Below are positions 9,266 through 22,815 of a stretch of 64,000 nucleotides of DNA, piece by piece. The notes beneath the pieces were generated by a model. It did no database searches, was not told where the DNA came from, and saw only the letters and a program-made list of their open reading frames with translations. Position 1 is the stretch's first letter; the number at the start of each line of letters is the position of its first letter. The position numbers and the translations under genes are program-made. The DNA is from an uncultured delta proteobacterium (GTDB taxonomy: Bacteria; Myxococcota_A; Polyangia; Polyangiales; B10-G4), in NCBI GenBank assembly GCA_963727445.1, contig CAVSGI010000010.1, positions 832,001 to 896,000 on the forward strand, given 5' to 3'.

Positions 9266-10083
9266 CACTCAGACTGCCGGAACACGTGGTCCTGGTGACG
9301 GGCGGAACGATGGGAATCGGGCTCGCGAGCGCACTCGCCTACGGCGAAGCCGGGGCCAAGACGATCCTCACCTATCGCTGGGGCAGCGCCGACCTCGAAG
9401 AGGTCCGAGGGCGCTTCGAAGCCGTCGGGGCCCCGCCTCCGCTGATCCTCGAAGCCGACGTCTCTCACGACGAAGACACCGTTCGCTTGATGGACCAGAT
9501 CGCCGAACACCACGACAAAGTCGACGTGTTCGTGTCGAACGTCGCGTTCGCGCAGCGTACGAGCGGGGTCGACGACTACAAGAAGCGCAATCTCTTCAAG
9601 AGCCTCGAATACTCGTCCTGGCCGATGTGGGCGTACACGAAGGCGATTCGCGACCGGCTCGGCGCGTACCCGCGTTACGTCATCGGACTTTCGAGTGACG
9701 GGCCGGACAGCTTCTTCATGAACTACGATTTCGTCGCGATATCCAAAGCGGTGCTCGAAACGATGTGCCGCTACATGAACTTTCGCCTCTTCGACGACGG
9801 TGTGCGCGTCAACGTCGTGCGCTCGAGATTGGTGCGCACCGAGTCCTTCGACGCCACTTTCGGACCGGCGTTCCACGCGTTCCTCGAAGCGATGGGCGGC
9901 TTCGAAGACTGCTACACGACGCCCGAGGACATCGGGAAAGTCGTGCTCGCGCTCGGCTCGGGGCTGATGGATGCCGTCGGCGGGCAGGTCGTGATGGCCG
10001 ACAAGGGATTTTCGTTTTTCGACAACCTCAACGGAATCGACGAACGAGCACATGCCAAAGGAATCTCGTTCGAGACGGAGTAG
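9262..10083 (+). CDS. SDR oxidoreductase, FabL-like enoyl-ACP reductase
   Basis: VLVTGGTMGIG, FVSNVA, NYDFVAISKAVLETMCRY (Y-x6-K). GTG start after AGGAG. Confidence 0.82.
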   Translation: MTLRLPEHVVLVTGGTMGIGLASALAYGEAGAKTILTYRWGSADLEEVRGRFEAVGAPPPLILEADVSHDEDTVRLMDQIAEHHDKVDVFVSNVAFAQRTSGVDDYKKRNLFKSLEYSSWPMWAYTKAIRDRLGAYPRYVIGLSSDGPDSFFMNYDFVAISKAVLETMCRYMNFRLFDDGVRVNVVRSRLVRTESFDATFGPAFHAFLEAMGGFEDCYTTPEDIGKVVLALGSGLMDAVGGQVVMADKGFSFFDNLNGIDERAHAKGISFETE

Positions 10084-10086
10084 AGA

Positions 10087-10341
10087 ATGAACAACGATGA
10101 AATTTTTGCTGTCGTCACTCGCCACCTCGGCGAGATCGTGGAAACGATCGATCCCGCTTCGGTGAAGCGCGGCGACTCGATGAAGGACCTCGGTGCGAGC
10201 AGCCTCGACATCGTCGAGGTCGTCTCGTGCAGCATGCGCGAGCTGAAGGTGCGGGTCCCACGCGCGAAGCTCTCCACCGCCAAGAACATCGGCGACCTCG
10301 TCGACCTGCTCGAAGGCGCCGTGGACGGCGGCAAGGGCTGA
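10087..10341 (+). CDS. Acyl carrier protein (resembles beta-branching donor ACPs such as AcpK)
   Basis: 84 aa, acidic, DSMKDLGASSLDIVEV phosphopantetheine-site motif, NIGDLVDLL C-terminus. Confidence 0.9.
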   Translation: MNNDEIFAVVTRHLGEIVETIDPASVKRGDSMKDLGASSLDIVEVVSCSMRELKVRVPRAKLSTAKNIGDLVDLLEGAVDGGKG

Positions 10342-10629
10342 GCGGTCGCGCCCGTCAGGGTCCGACCAGCGCGCCGCGCCCGGTCCCGCGCTGAGGTGTG
10401 TCGAGAGGAAAGAGTTTCAGTCGTATTGCAGGAGCGCCGCCCTGGCGAGCGATGCTCGGCTGTGCGCGTCCCGCAAAACGTGCAGTAGCGTCCGCCGACA
10501 TGGAGCCGAAGCGGCTTCACCGAGGCCGCCGGCCGCAAATCCTGCAGAGTCGTTCGCAATGGCGCTCGTCCGCGAACGCGAGTTGGGGGCCTTCGTCACC
10601 GCGGCTCGCCGATTGCAGGTCGAGGTGCG

Positions 10630-12323
10630 GTGCTTCCGCAAGTGGACTCATTGCAAGAAGCCGTAGCCCCGGTCGCTCGGTTCGAGCGCGTGAGCGTCTT
10701 GGCGGTGGACGACGATCCGCGCAACCTCACCGTGATCGACCTCGCCCTCGAAGGCATCGCGGCGCGCGTCGTCAAGTCGAGCTCCGGAGACGATGCGCTG
10801 CGCCACCTCCTGGTGGAAGATTTCGCTCTCGTCATCCTCGACGTGGTGATGCCGGCGATCGGCGGCTTCGATGTAGCGGAGCTCATGCGAGAGCGGGAGC
10901 GCACGCGCTACACCCCCATCATCTTCATGACAGCGGCGCGCCCGAAGGACGAAGACGTTCGTCGCGGCTATGCCCTTGGCGCAGTCGACTACCTCATCAA
11001 GCCCGTCATTCCCGAGGTGCTTCGCGCCAAGGCCCGCTTCTTCGTCGAGCTGCAGAAGCGTACGCACGAGGTCGAGCGTCAGGCCCAGAGGCTGGCGGAG
11101 CTCGAGCGAGCGGAGGCGCGCCGCACCCTGGCCGCGGAGCGTCGCCGGTGGGAAGCGGAGGCGCTGCGAAAGCAGATGGAGGAGCAGCAGCGGCTGAACG
11201 CGCAGCTGGAGGAAGCGGACCGCCGCAAGGACGAGTTTCTGGCGACGCTGGCGCACGAGCTGCGAAATCCCCTCACGCCGATCGTTTCGGGTCTGGAGCT
11301 TCTCAAGGCCGGATGCGCCGGGGACTCCGTGGCCGAGCGGGCACACCACACGATGGTGAGGCAAACCCGACACCTCAAGCGCCTCGTCGACGACCTGGTG
11401 GACATCGCGCGCGTGTCTACGGGAAAGATCGTGCTCAAGAAGGAGTGCGTGCGCGCCGAGGTCGCCATCGAGCAGGCGATCGAGAGCTGCGTTCACCTGC
11501 TTCGCCGGAAACGCAGCGAGGTGACCATCGAGTCACATCCCGTACCGGTCGAGCTCGACGCGGATCCAGTTCGGCTCGTTCAGATCGTCGCCAACCTGGT
11601 GAGCAACGCCGCGCGCTACAGCGAGATCGAGGGAACCATCGTCGTCGGGTGGCATCTCGTCGACGCAGAGCTCGAGATCCGCGTGCGTGACGATGGGCGC
11701 GGCATCGAGCCAGAGCTGCTGCCCCGAGTGTTCGACAAGTTCGTTCAGCGAGACACGGGGGAAGGCCTGGGGATCGGCCTGACTCTGGTTCGCGAGCTGG
11801 TGGTGCTACACGGTGGCACCATCGAAGCGCGAAGCGAGGGCCTCGGGCACGGCAGCGAATTCGTGGTTCGCCTCCCCGGCGCGCGGGAGGTCGTCGAACA
11901 GGACGGCGAGCAGGCCCCGGTGCCCACCCCGGCGCCGAGGACGAGCAGCGAGCTGCTCAACGTGGCCGTGGTCGAGGACGATCCCGACGTCCGAGATCTC
12001 GTGTCCCAACTCATCGAGAGCTGGGGTCATCACGTCATGACCGCGTCCACCGGTCCCGAAGGAGTGGAGCTCGTCCTACGGCAGCGCCCCGACGTGGCGT
12101 TCATCGATATCGGCCTCCCCCAGCTGGATGGGTGCGCGGTGGCCAAACGGATCCGGACCGAGCTCGGAGTACCGGCGTCGCCAAAGCTGGTCGCGATGAG
12201 CGGCTTCAGCCAGCCGCAGCACGTGCAGAACATGGAGGACGCGGGCTTCGACGAGCACCTCGTCAAGCCCTCGAGCCCGGAGGAGATCCGAAGCGCACTC
12301 CAGCTGTCGTCGGGTGAGCCGCG

Positions 12324-12327
<4 letters not shown>
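10630..12327 (+). CDS. Hybrid sensor histidine kinase (REC-HisKA-HATPase-REC)
   Basis: AVDDD..ILDVVMP REC domain, [14 protein letters not shown]-box, [22 protein letters not shown]-terminal [14 protein letters not shown]. Confidence 0.93.
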
Positions 12328-17555
<5,228 letters not shown>

Positions 17556-17596
17556 TGGCCCGCATGGCGCCCGTCGTCCCTTAGACTCTTCGATAC

Positions 17597-18178
17597 GTGG
17601 ACCCGACCCCGGAGATGCGCGCGAGCCACATGCGCTCCAACGTGACCGCGCTGTCGCGGCTCGGCGCGGAGGGGCTGCGCGTCCGCGAGGATTGCGACGC
17701 CGTCATCGCCACCATCGAGTCGTCGGTGCGTACGACCTGGCTTCCGGTGGAGCTCGACGTCGCCTTGAGCAACCGCGTCGTCCACCGGTGCGGCGAGAAA
17801 CGGTTCGCCGCCTGGTGTCGCAACGCCATCGCCGAGTCGGCGAAGGGACCTCTGTTGGAGCCGCTCATGAGCGGGCTCACTCGACTCGGTTTCGGTCCTC
17901 GCCACGCCGTGCGGCGCCTCCCTGGAGGTTGGAACCTGATCTATCGCAACTGCGGCACGCTCCGGATCGACCGCGAATGGGATGGCGGCGCGGTCATCGT
18001 CATCGACGACGTCCCCGAGCTCGTGCGCGACCACCACTACGCGACTGGCATCGGCGCCGCGTTCGAAGGCGTCGCGCTTTTGATCGGCGCACGCTCCGCA
18101 CGCTCCGACCTCACCGAACGCGGCCAGGCGCTCCATTTCGAGCTCACCTGGACCACGAACGCCGACGCAGCGCCGTGA
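17597..18178 (+). CDS. Hypothetical protein, possibly myxobacterial DUF2378/TIGR02265-like
   Basis: 193 aa ORF after the kinase. TWLPVE..WNLIYRNCG..ELTW pattern resembles myxobacterial V4R-like small proteins. Confidence 0.5.
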   Translation: MDPTPEMRASHMRSNVTALSRLGAEGLRVREDCDAVIATIESSVRTTWLPVELDVALSNRVVHRCGEKRFAAWCRNAIAESAKGPLLEPLMSGLTRLGFGPRHAVRRLPGGWNLIYRNCGTLRIDREWDGGAVIVIDDVPELVRDHHYATGIGAAFEGVALLIGARSARSDLTERGQALHFELTWTTNADAAP

Positions 18179-18211
18179 GCGCCATCGCCGGGCTCGAGCG
18201 CCCGCCGGATC

Positions 18212-19327
18212 TCAGCCGATCAACAGACCGATGAGCGTCTGATTGATGTGCGTCAGGTAGCTCTCGCCGTAGGAGTTGAACCCAGCGACCGGATACGCCC
18301 GGAAGAGCTCTGAGAATCGGTCTTGTAGACCCTGCATCTCGATTCCGATGGAGCGGTGCGCGCAGTTGAACATGATCCCGGCGGAAGGCGCTTTGCCGAG
18401 GCGTTCGGCTCCATCGGCGAGCGCCGCCGACGTGTCGGCAAAGAGGTCGGTGGGATGCATGAGGTTCAACGTGGACCCCTCGACCATCGCGGCGCCCATG
18501 AGCAGGCCGCCGTCGGGGAGCGCCTGAATGGGGCTTCGAACCCAGGGCCGCCCATCGATCATCAACCCGAAGGGATTCTGCAGGTAGACGGGATGGTCTA
18601 GCGCCTCGACTTCGACACCGACCGCCTCCGCGTAGGTCGGCACCGCTGGACCGCCGTTGATCTCGTAGACCACGCGGCCCTCGATGCGGGTGATCTCCAT
18701 CGTCTTGTCGGTGGGCGCGAAGCTCGACGTCTTCACCACCGCGAAGGGAACCGCCATCTCCATGAGCAACAGAACGCTGGCGTCATCGGAGGCCTCGCCG
18801 TCCAGGAACACCCAGGACTTCTCGACCTTGTAGTTGTCTCCGGCGGATCCTCCGACGAAGGAGAGCAGCGGAGCGGCATGTCCCAGCGCCTCGTTCACCT
18901 CTTCCTCGTGGGGCGGCATGAACGAGTTGAGGACGATTCCCACGTGCTTCTTCGGATCGAGCTCGCGGAGGTCTCCGAACGCCTCGCTGAGCTTCGCGAC
19001 CGCGGCCTTCATGCCGGCCTCGACGCCGGCGTCCATGCGCACCCAGGCAGAAGCGGCGCGAGCCACCTTCGCATCACCGAGCGCGATGGCGACGACCCCG
19101 TCGTGACCATAGCGCTCGTGGGTGAACTCGCCCGCGGTCGTCGCCCCGAGGACGTGCGCCTTGGGGTGCGCGTCCTTGAGCGCCTTGCCAATGGCTGCAC
19201 CGTCGTGCTCGTGCCAGGTGAAGTACACGATGACCGCCGGGTCCTCACCCTTCAACTGCTCGACGAGATGCGCCGATGCTTCCGACGTCGTGGGACGCTC
19301 GGTATGAACGCTCTTCACGCCACTCAC
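18212..19327 (-). CDS. FIST signal-transduction domain protein (FIST_N + FIST_C)
   Basis: GATTAGEF, GGSAGD, RVVYEINGGPA, FNCAHR, GFNSYGE, HINQT motifs. Confidence 0.9.
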   Translation of the reverse strand: MSGVKSVHTERPTTSEASAHLVEQLKGEDPAVIVYFTWHEHDGAAIGKALKDAHPKAHVLGATTAGEFTHERYGHDGVVAIALGDAKVARAASAWVRMDAGVEAGMKAAVAKLSEAFGDLRELDPKKHVGIVLNSFMPPHEEEVNEALGHAAPLLSFVGGSAGDNYKVEKSWVFLDGEASDDASVLLLMEMAVPFAVVKTSSFAPTDKTMEITRIEGRVVYEINGGPAVPTYAEAVGVEVEALDHPVYLQNPFGLMIDGRPWVRSPIQALPDGGLLMGAAMVEGSTLNLMHPTDLFADTSAALADGAERLGKAPSAGIMFNCAHRSIGIEMQGLQDRFSELFRAYPVAGFNSYGESYLTHINQTLIGLLIG

Positions 19328-19539
19328 TTGCCTGCCCCCACGTTGCCCCGAAGAAAGCCCATCTTGCGGAGAGTCACGAGCGCGGAGTCGGCCATCGCGG
19401 CATCCTCGTCGATGGCGGGGGTAATCTCATTCAGATTCACTCCGATCGTGAGGATGAGCCGCGTGTTGATGAAATGAAGCCGCGCCGAGTCTCCCGCGAG
19501 CTCATCGAGCAGCGCTCCCCTGATCGCCGTAAGAGTCAT
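19324..19539 (-). CDS. Small hypothetical protein coupled to the FIST gene
   Basis: ORF MTLTAIRG..LHFINTRLILTIGVNL; its stop overlaps the FIST start. Start position uncertain. Confidence 0.5.
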   Translation of the reverse strand: MTLTAIRGALLDELAGDSARLHFINTRLILTIGVNLNEITPAIDEDAAMADSALVTLRKMGFLRGNVGAGK

Positions 19540-19595
19540 CGGTCTAGGCGCAGTTAGCACATCGACGCACACGCGTTCAACGAACAATCGACGGG

Positions 19596-19742
19596 TGTTT
19601 CAAATGAGACATGTGTTTGATTTCGACCAGCTATTGCAAATGGAACAGTTGGTCGCCGGATCGCTACTGAGACAGCGTAATTCACGCCTCAAAGACGAAA
19701 TGCGAACACGACGGCGCGAAAGGTGATTCATATGAAACACCT
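19596..19742. promoter_or_regulatory. Cluster of palindromic operator/enhancer sites (consensus near TGTTTCAnnTGAAACA)
   Basis: TGTTTCAAATGAGACA (19596-19611), TATTGCAAATGGAACA (19632-19647), and AGGTGATTCATATGAAACACCT (19721-19742, one mismatched pair), all in an AT-rich divergent spacer. Confidence 0.6.
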
Positions 19743-19772
19743 CTGACATTGCTTTCTTTCAATGTTTTCGGC

Positions 19773-19788
19773 CGGTGCGTCTCTTGCT
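19773..19788 (+). promoter_or_regulatory. Putative sigma54 (-24/-12) promoter of the lysyl oxidase gene
   Basis: CGGTGCGTCTCTTGCT has exact GG-N10-GC spacing with TTGC at -12, and ends 12 bp before ATG 19801. Confidence 0.5.
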
Positions 19789-19800
19789 TTAGAGCAGCGC

Positions 19801-21129
19801 ATGAAGTTTTTCCGGCAAGTGGGGTTGGCGCTACTCGTGGGCGGCGTCGGGTGTGCAAACGTAGACGCGGTGGGAGGAACCGGGGCGGCGCTCGAGGTGG
19901 GCGTGATCGACTCGTACTTCGACCGCCTGGTGCATTCCGGGAGCGTGGGGCCCGAGGATGCCTACACCGGCACGGAGGTGCCCGAGTGCGAGGGAGCGAG
20001 CTGCGAGCGACTCGACTTCACCGTCGACATGTCGCCTGCGGCCTTCGCCAATCCGAACCGTACCGGAGGGCTTCAGGTCGCGCTGCGCTGGTTCGGCGAT
20101 CCCGGCACGCACATGCTGCCCCCTGGCGTCCCTGGATGTTGTGGCGAGTTCGACACGCTCAACGTGTATCTCTACAAGGACGGTGTTCGGGTCGCCTCGT
20201 CCGAGGGGATCATCTCCACGAGCCAGTCACTTCTGTTGGAGTCGCCGGAGAACGGCGACTACACGGCGTGGATCGTCACCGACCCGTCCTACAACCTCAA
20301 CCCCTCGGTCGACTACGAGGCGGTGGTCGAGATCGAGTATCGACCGTTCCGCCAGCCGGTTCGGCCCCTGCAGCCCAATCTCGAGTTCCGCTCCGCGCGC
20401 ACCGTCACCTTCGACACCCCTTCGTTCCCGCTCTTCGAGCCGGATCCGGCCCCCGGCGAGACGTGTTTCGAGAGCGAACGCCTGGAGGCGGGAGCCCAGA
20501 CCTGTCTTCGCTTCGATCAGGTGATCGCCAACACGGGTGAAGCCGCCGCCGAGCTCCGATTCCCCCTTCCGCTGGATGGCTTTGTCGACAGCGGCACGGC
20601 AATTCAGCGCGTTTATCGCAGCGACGGGTCCTATTTCGACCGCGACGCGGGAGAGTTCGAGTTCCACGACATCCACCAGCATTTCCACTACTCGAGCTTC
20701 GCGGGGGCGACCCTCTGGGTGTCGAATGCGCAAGGAGATCGTCTGGGAAGCGCGCCGATCCGCGACGGTCGCAAGGTGAGCTTCTGCATGGTGGACGTCG
20801 AGATCGACGAGCTCGAGGTCAAGGGCGACGGCCCTCGGACCTACAACGCGCCCGACTGCCTCTTCCCCACCCAGTTCGACGAAGAGCACGGATACATCGT
20901 CCAGGGCATCTCCAACGGATGGAACGACATCTACGAGTGGTACCTCCCCGATCAGTACATCGAGGTCACGGGCGTACCGGATGGTTACTACCGTCTCGAG
21001 AACTGCGCCGACCCCGATGGTGAGATCGCAGAGACGGACGAGGACGACAACTGCGTCGCCAACCTCGTGCACCTGACGAACATGGGAACTCCGGACCGCA
21101 GTGCGGAGAACCTCGGAGTCGTCGACTGA
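19801..21129 (+). CDS. Lysyl oxidase family lipoprotein
   Basis: Lipoprotein-like signal (MKFFRQVGLALLVGGVGC). Copper motif FEFHDIHQHFHY, KVSFC (LTQ Lys), QGISNGWNDIY (LTQ Tyr), DQYIEVTGVPDGYY, ETDEDDN. Confidence 0.88.
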   Translation: MKFFRQVGLALLVGGVGCANVDAVGGTGAALEVGVIDSYFDRLVHSGSVGPEDAYTGTEVPECEGASCERLDFTVDMSPAAFANPNRTGGLQVALRWFGDPGTHMLPPGVPGCCGEFDTLNVYLYKDGVRVASSEGIISTSQSLLLESPENGDYTAWIVTDPSYNLNPSVDYEAVVEIEYRPFRQPVRPLQPNLEFRSARTVTFDTPSFPLFEPDPAPGETCFESERLEAGAQTCLRFDQVIANTGEAAAELRFPLPLDGFVDSGTAIQRVYRSDGSYFDRDAGEFEFHDIHQHFHYSSFAGATLWVSNAQGDRLGSAPIRDGRKVSFCMVDVEIDELEVKGDGPRTYNAPDCLFPTQFDEEHGYIVQGISNGWNDIYEWYLPDQYIEVTGVPDGYYRLENCADPDGEIAETDEDDNCVANLVHLTNMGTPDRSAENLGVVD

Positions 21130-21220
21130 TCCTGGCGACGCCTCACGAGACGATCTACAACTGAGCGCGAACGCGGACCGCGAAACGCGCGCGCACTTCG
21201 AAAGGGGGAAAGGGGAGGTC

Positions 21221-22795
21221 ATGTCTATCAGGCGCGACTACGAGACCATCGTCGTGGGTGCTGGGCCGGCCGGTTTGCAGCTCGGGTATTATCTGGAGCG
21301 CGCGGGGCGGGACTACGTCGTGTTGGAGCGAGGAGAGGCAGGCGAGTTCTTCAAGAGCTATCCACGCCATCGAACGCTGCTCTCGATCAACAAGCGCTTC
21401 ACCGGAACCGACGATGAAGAAGCCAACCTGCGATGGGATTGGAACTCGCTTCTAGTCGACGCAGACGACGAGTCCCCCACGCCGTGGATGCGTGACTTCT
21501 CGGACGCGTATTTCCCGGATCGGGAGGAGCTCGTCGCCTACCTTCGCGAGTTCGCTCGCGCAAAAAACATCAAAATCCACGAGAAAACCGAGGTAAAGCG
21601 GGTCCATCGCGACGCGGAGGGCTTCGTTTTGAGCACGGCGGGCGGAGACGAGTATCGATGCTCGCGCCTGGTGGTCGCGACCGGAATCCCGAAGGCTCAC
21701 GTCCCGGACATCGAAGGCATCGAGCTCGCCCAGAGCTATGTCGAGATGTCCGTCGCGCCCGAGGATTTCGAAGGGAAGCGCGTATTGGTTCTCGGAAAGG
21801 GCAACTCGGGCTTCGAGACCGCACAGAATCTCCTCGCCCACACGGTGAGTGTTCATCTCGCGAGCCCGGAGCCCCTTCGCATGGCGTGGAAGACGCGATT
21901 CGTCGGTCACCTGCGGGCGGTCAACAACGAGGTCTTGGACACCTACCGCCTCAAGGGCCAGAACGTCGTCATCGACGCCAACGTCGCGCGCCTCTACGAG
22001 AAGGACGGTCGGATCGCGGCGGTGTTCGACTACAAGCACGCACGGGAGTCCGAAGAGCTTCTCTACGATGCGGTCCTCGTCTGCACGGGGTTCAAGTTCG
22101 ACGCGTCCATCTTCGACGACAGCTGCCGGCCGGAGCTGACCATCCACGACCGATTCCCCGCACAGACGACTCGATGGGAGTCGGTCAACGTACCCGGCCT
22201 CTACTTCGCCGGCGCTCCCACCCAGGCTCTCGACTACAAGAAGACGACGAGCGCGTTCATCCACGGCTTTCGCTACAACGCGCGAGCGCTCTTCTGGTTC
22301 TTGGAAGAAGAGCTGCACGGGGTCCCGATCCCCCACACCGAGATCCCACGTGACGCGGCCTCGATGACGAATCTGATCATCGAACGTGTCAACCGAAGCT
22401 CGGCGCTGTGGCAGCAGTTCGGCTTCTTCTGTGACGTGCTGGTGGTCGGAGACGACGGCGGCGTGAGCCACTACCACGACGTTCCCAGGGAGTGGATCGC
22501 CGAGACCGAGATCGCGACGAGCCCACACTACTACGTGGTCACGCTCGAGTTCGGCGAAGATGCACCGGATCCTTTCGATTTCGAGCGTCCACACCGCGAT
22601 GACGCGGACAATGCCCACGAAAGCGAGGCCCTCCATCCCATCGTTCGCCGCTACGCGAGGGGCCGACTCGTCGCGACGCACCACGTCATGGAGGACATTT
22701 CCGCGGACTGGTCGGATCAGGTGCACATCGAGCCGCTCCGCCGCTGGCTCGAGGAGGATCTCGATCCTTCCCCCCTCGCGGAGTCGGCGGAATGA
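21221..22795 (+). CDS. FAD/NAD(P)-dependent oxidoreductase, FOXRED2(ERFAD)-like
   Basis: GAGPAGLQ, YPRHRTLLSINKRFTG, RWDWNSLL, second Rossmann GKGNSGFE, FIHGFRY. Strong RBS GGGAGG. Confidence 0.8.
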   Translation: MSIRRDYETIVVGAGPAGLQLGYYLERAGRDYVVLERGEAGEFFKSYPRHRTLLSINKRFTGTDDEEANLRWDWNSLLVDADDESPTPWMRDFSDAYFPDREELVAYLREFARAKNIKIHEKTEVKRVHRDAEGFVLSTAGGDEYRCSRLVVATGIPKAHVPDIEGIELAQSYVEMSVAPEDFEGKRVLVLGKGNSGFETAQNLLAHTVSVHLASPEPLRMAWKTRFVGHLRAVNNEVLDTYRLKGQNVVIDANVARLYEKDGRIAAVFDYKHARESEELLYDAVLVCTGFKFDASIFDDSCRPELTIHDRFPAQTTRWESVNVPGLYFAGAPTQALDYKKTTSAFIHGFRYNARALFWFLEEELHGVPIPHTEIPRDAASMTNLIIERVNRSSALWQQFGFFCDVLVVGDDGGVSHYHDVPREWIAETEIATSPHYYVVTLEFGEDAPDPFDFERPHRDDADNAHESEALHPIVRRYARGRLVATHHVMEDISADWSDQVHIEPLRRWLEEDLDPSPLAESAE

Positions 22796-22815
22796 GCGCC
22801 GACGATTGATGGAGA

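Noticed and set aside
10342..10629. Possible ncRNA or riboswitch in the 288-bp spacer after the ACP gene
   Set aside because: No recognisable conserved motif or convincing structure by eye; an Rfam/Infernal scan would be needed.
19540..19580. Second sigma54 promoter on the minus strand for the FIST operon
   Set aside because: The sequence reads GT-N10-GC and lacks the invariant GG at -24.
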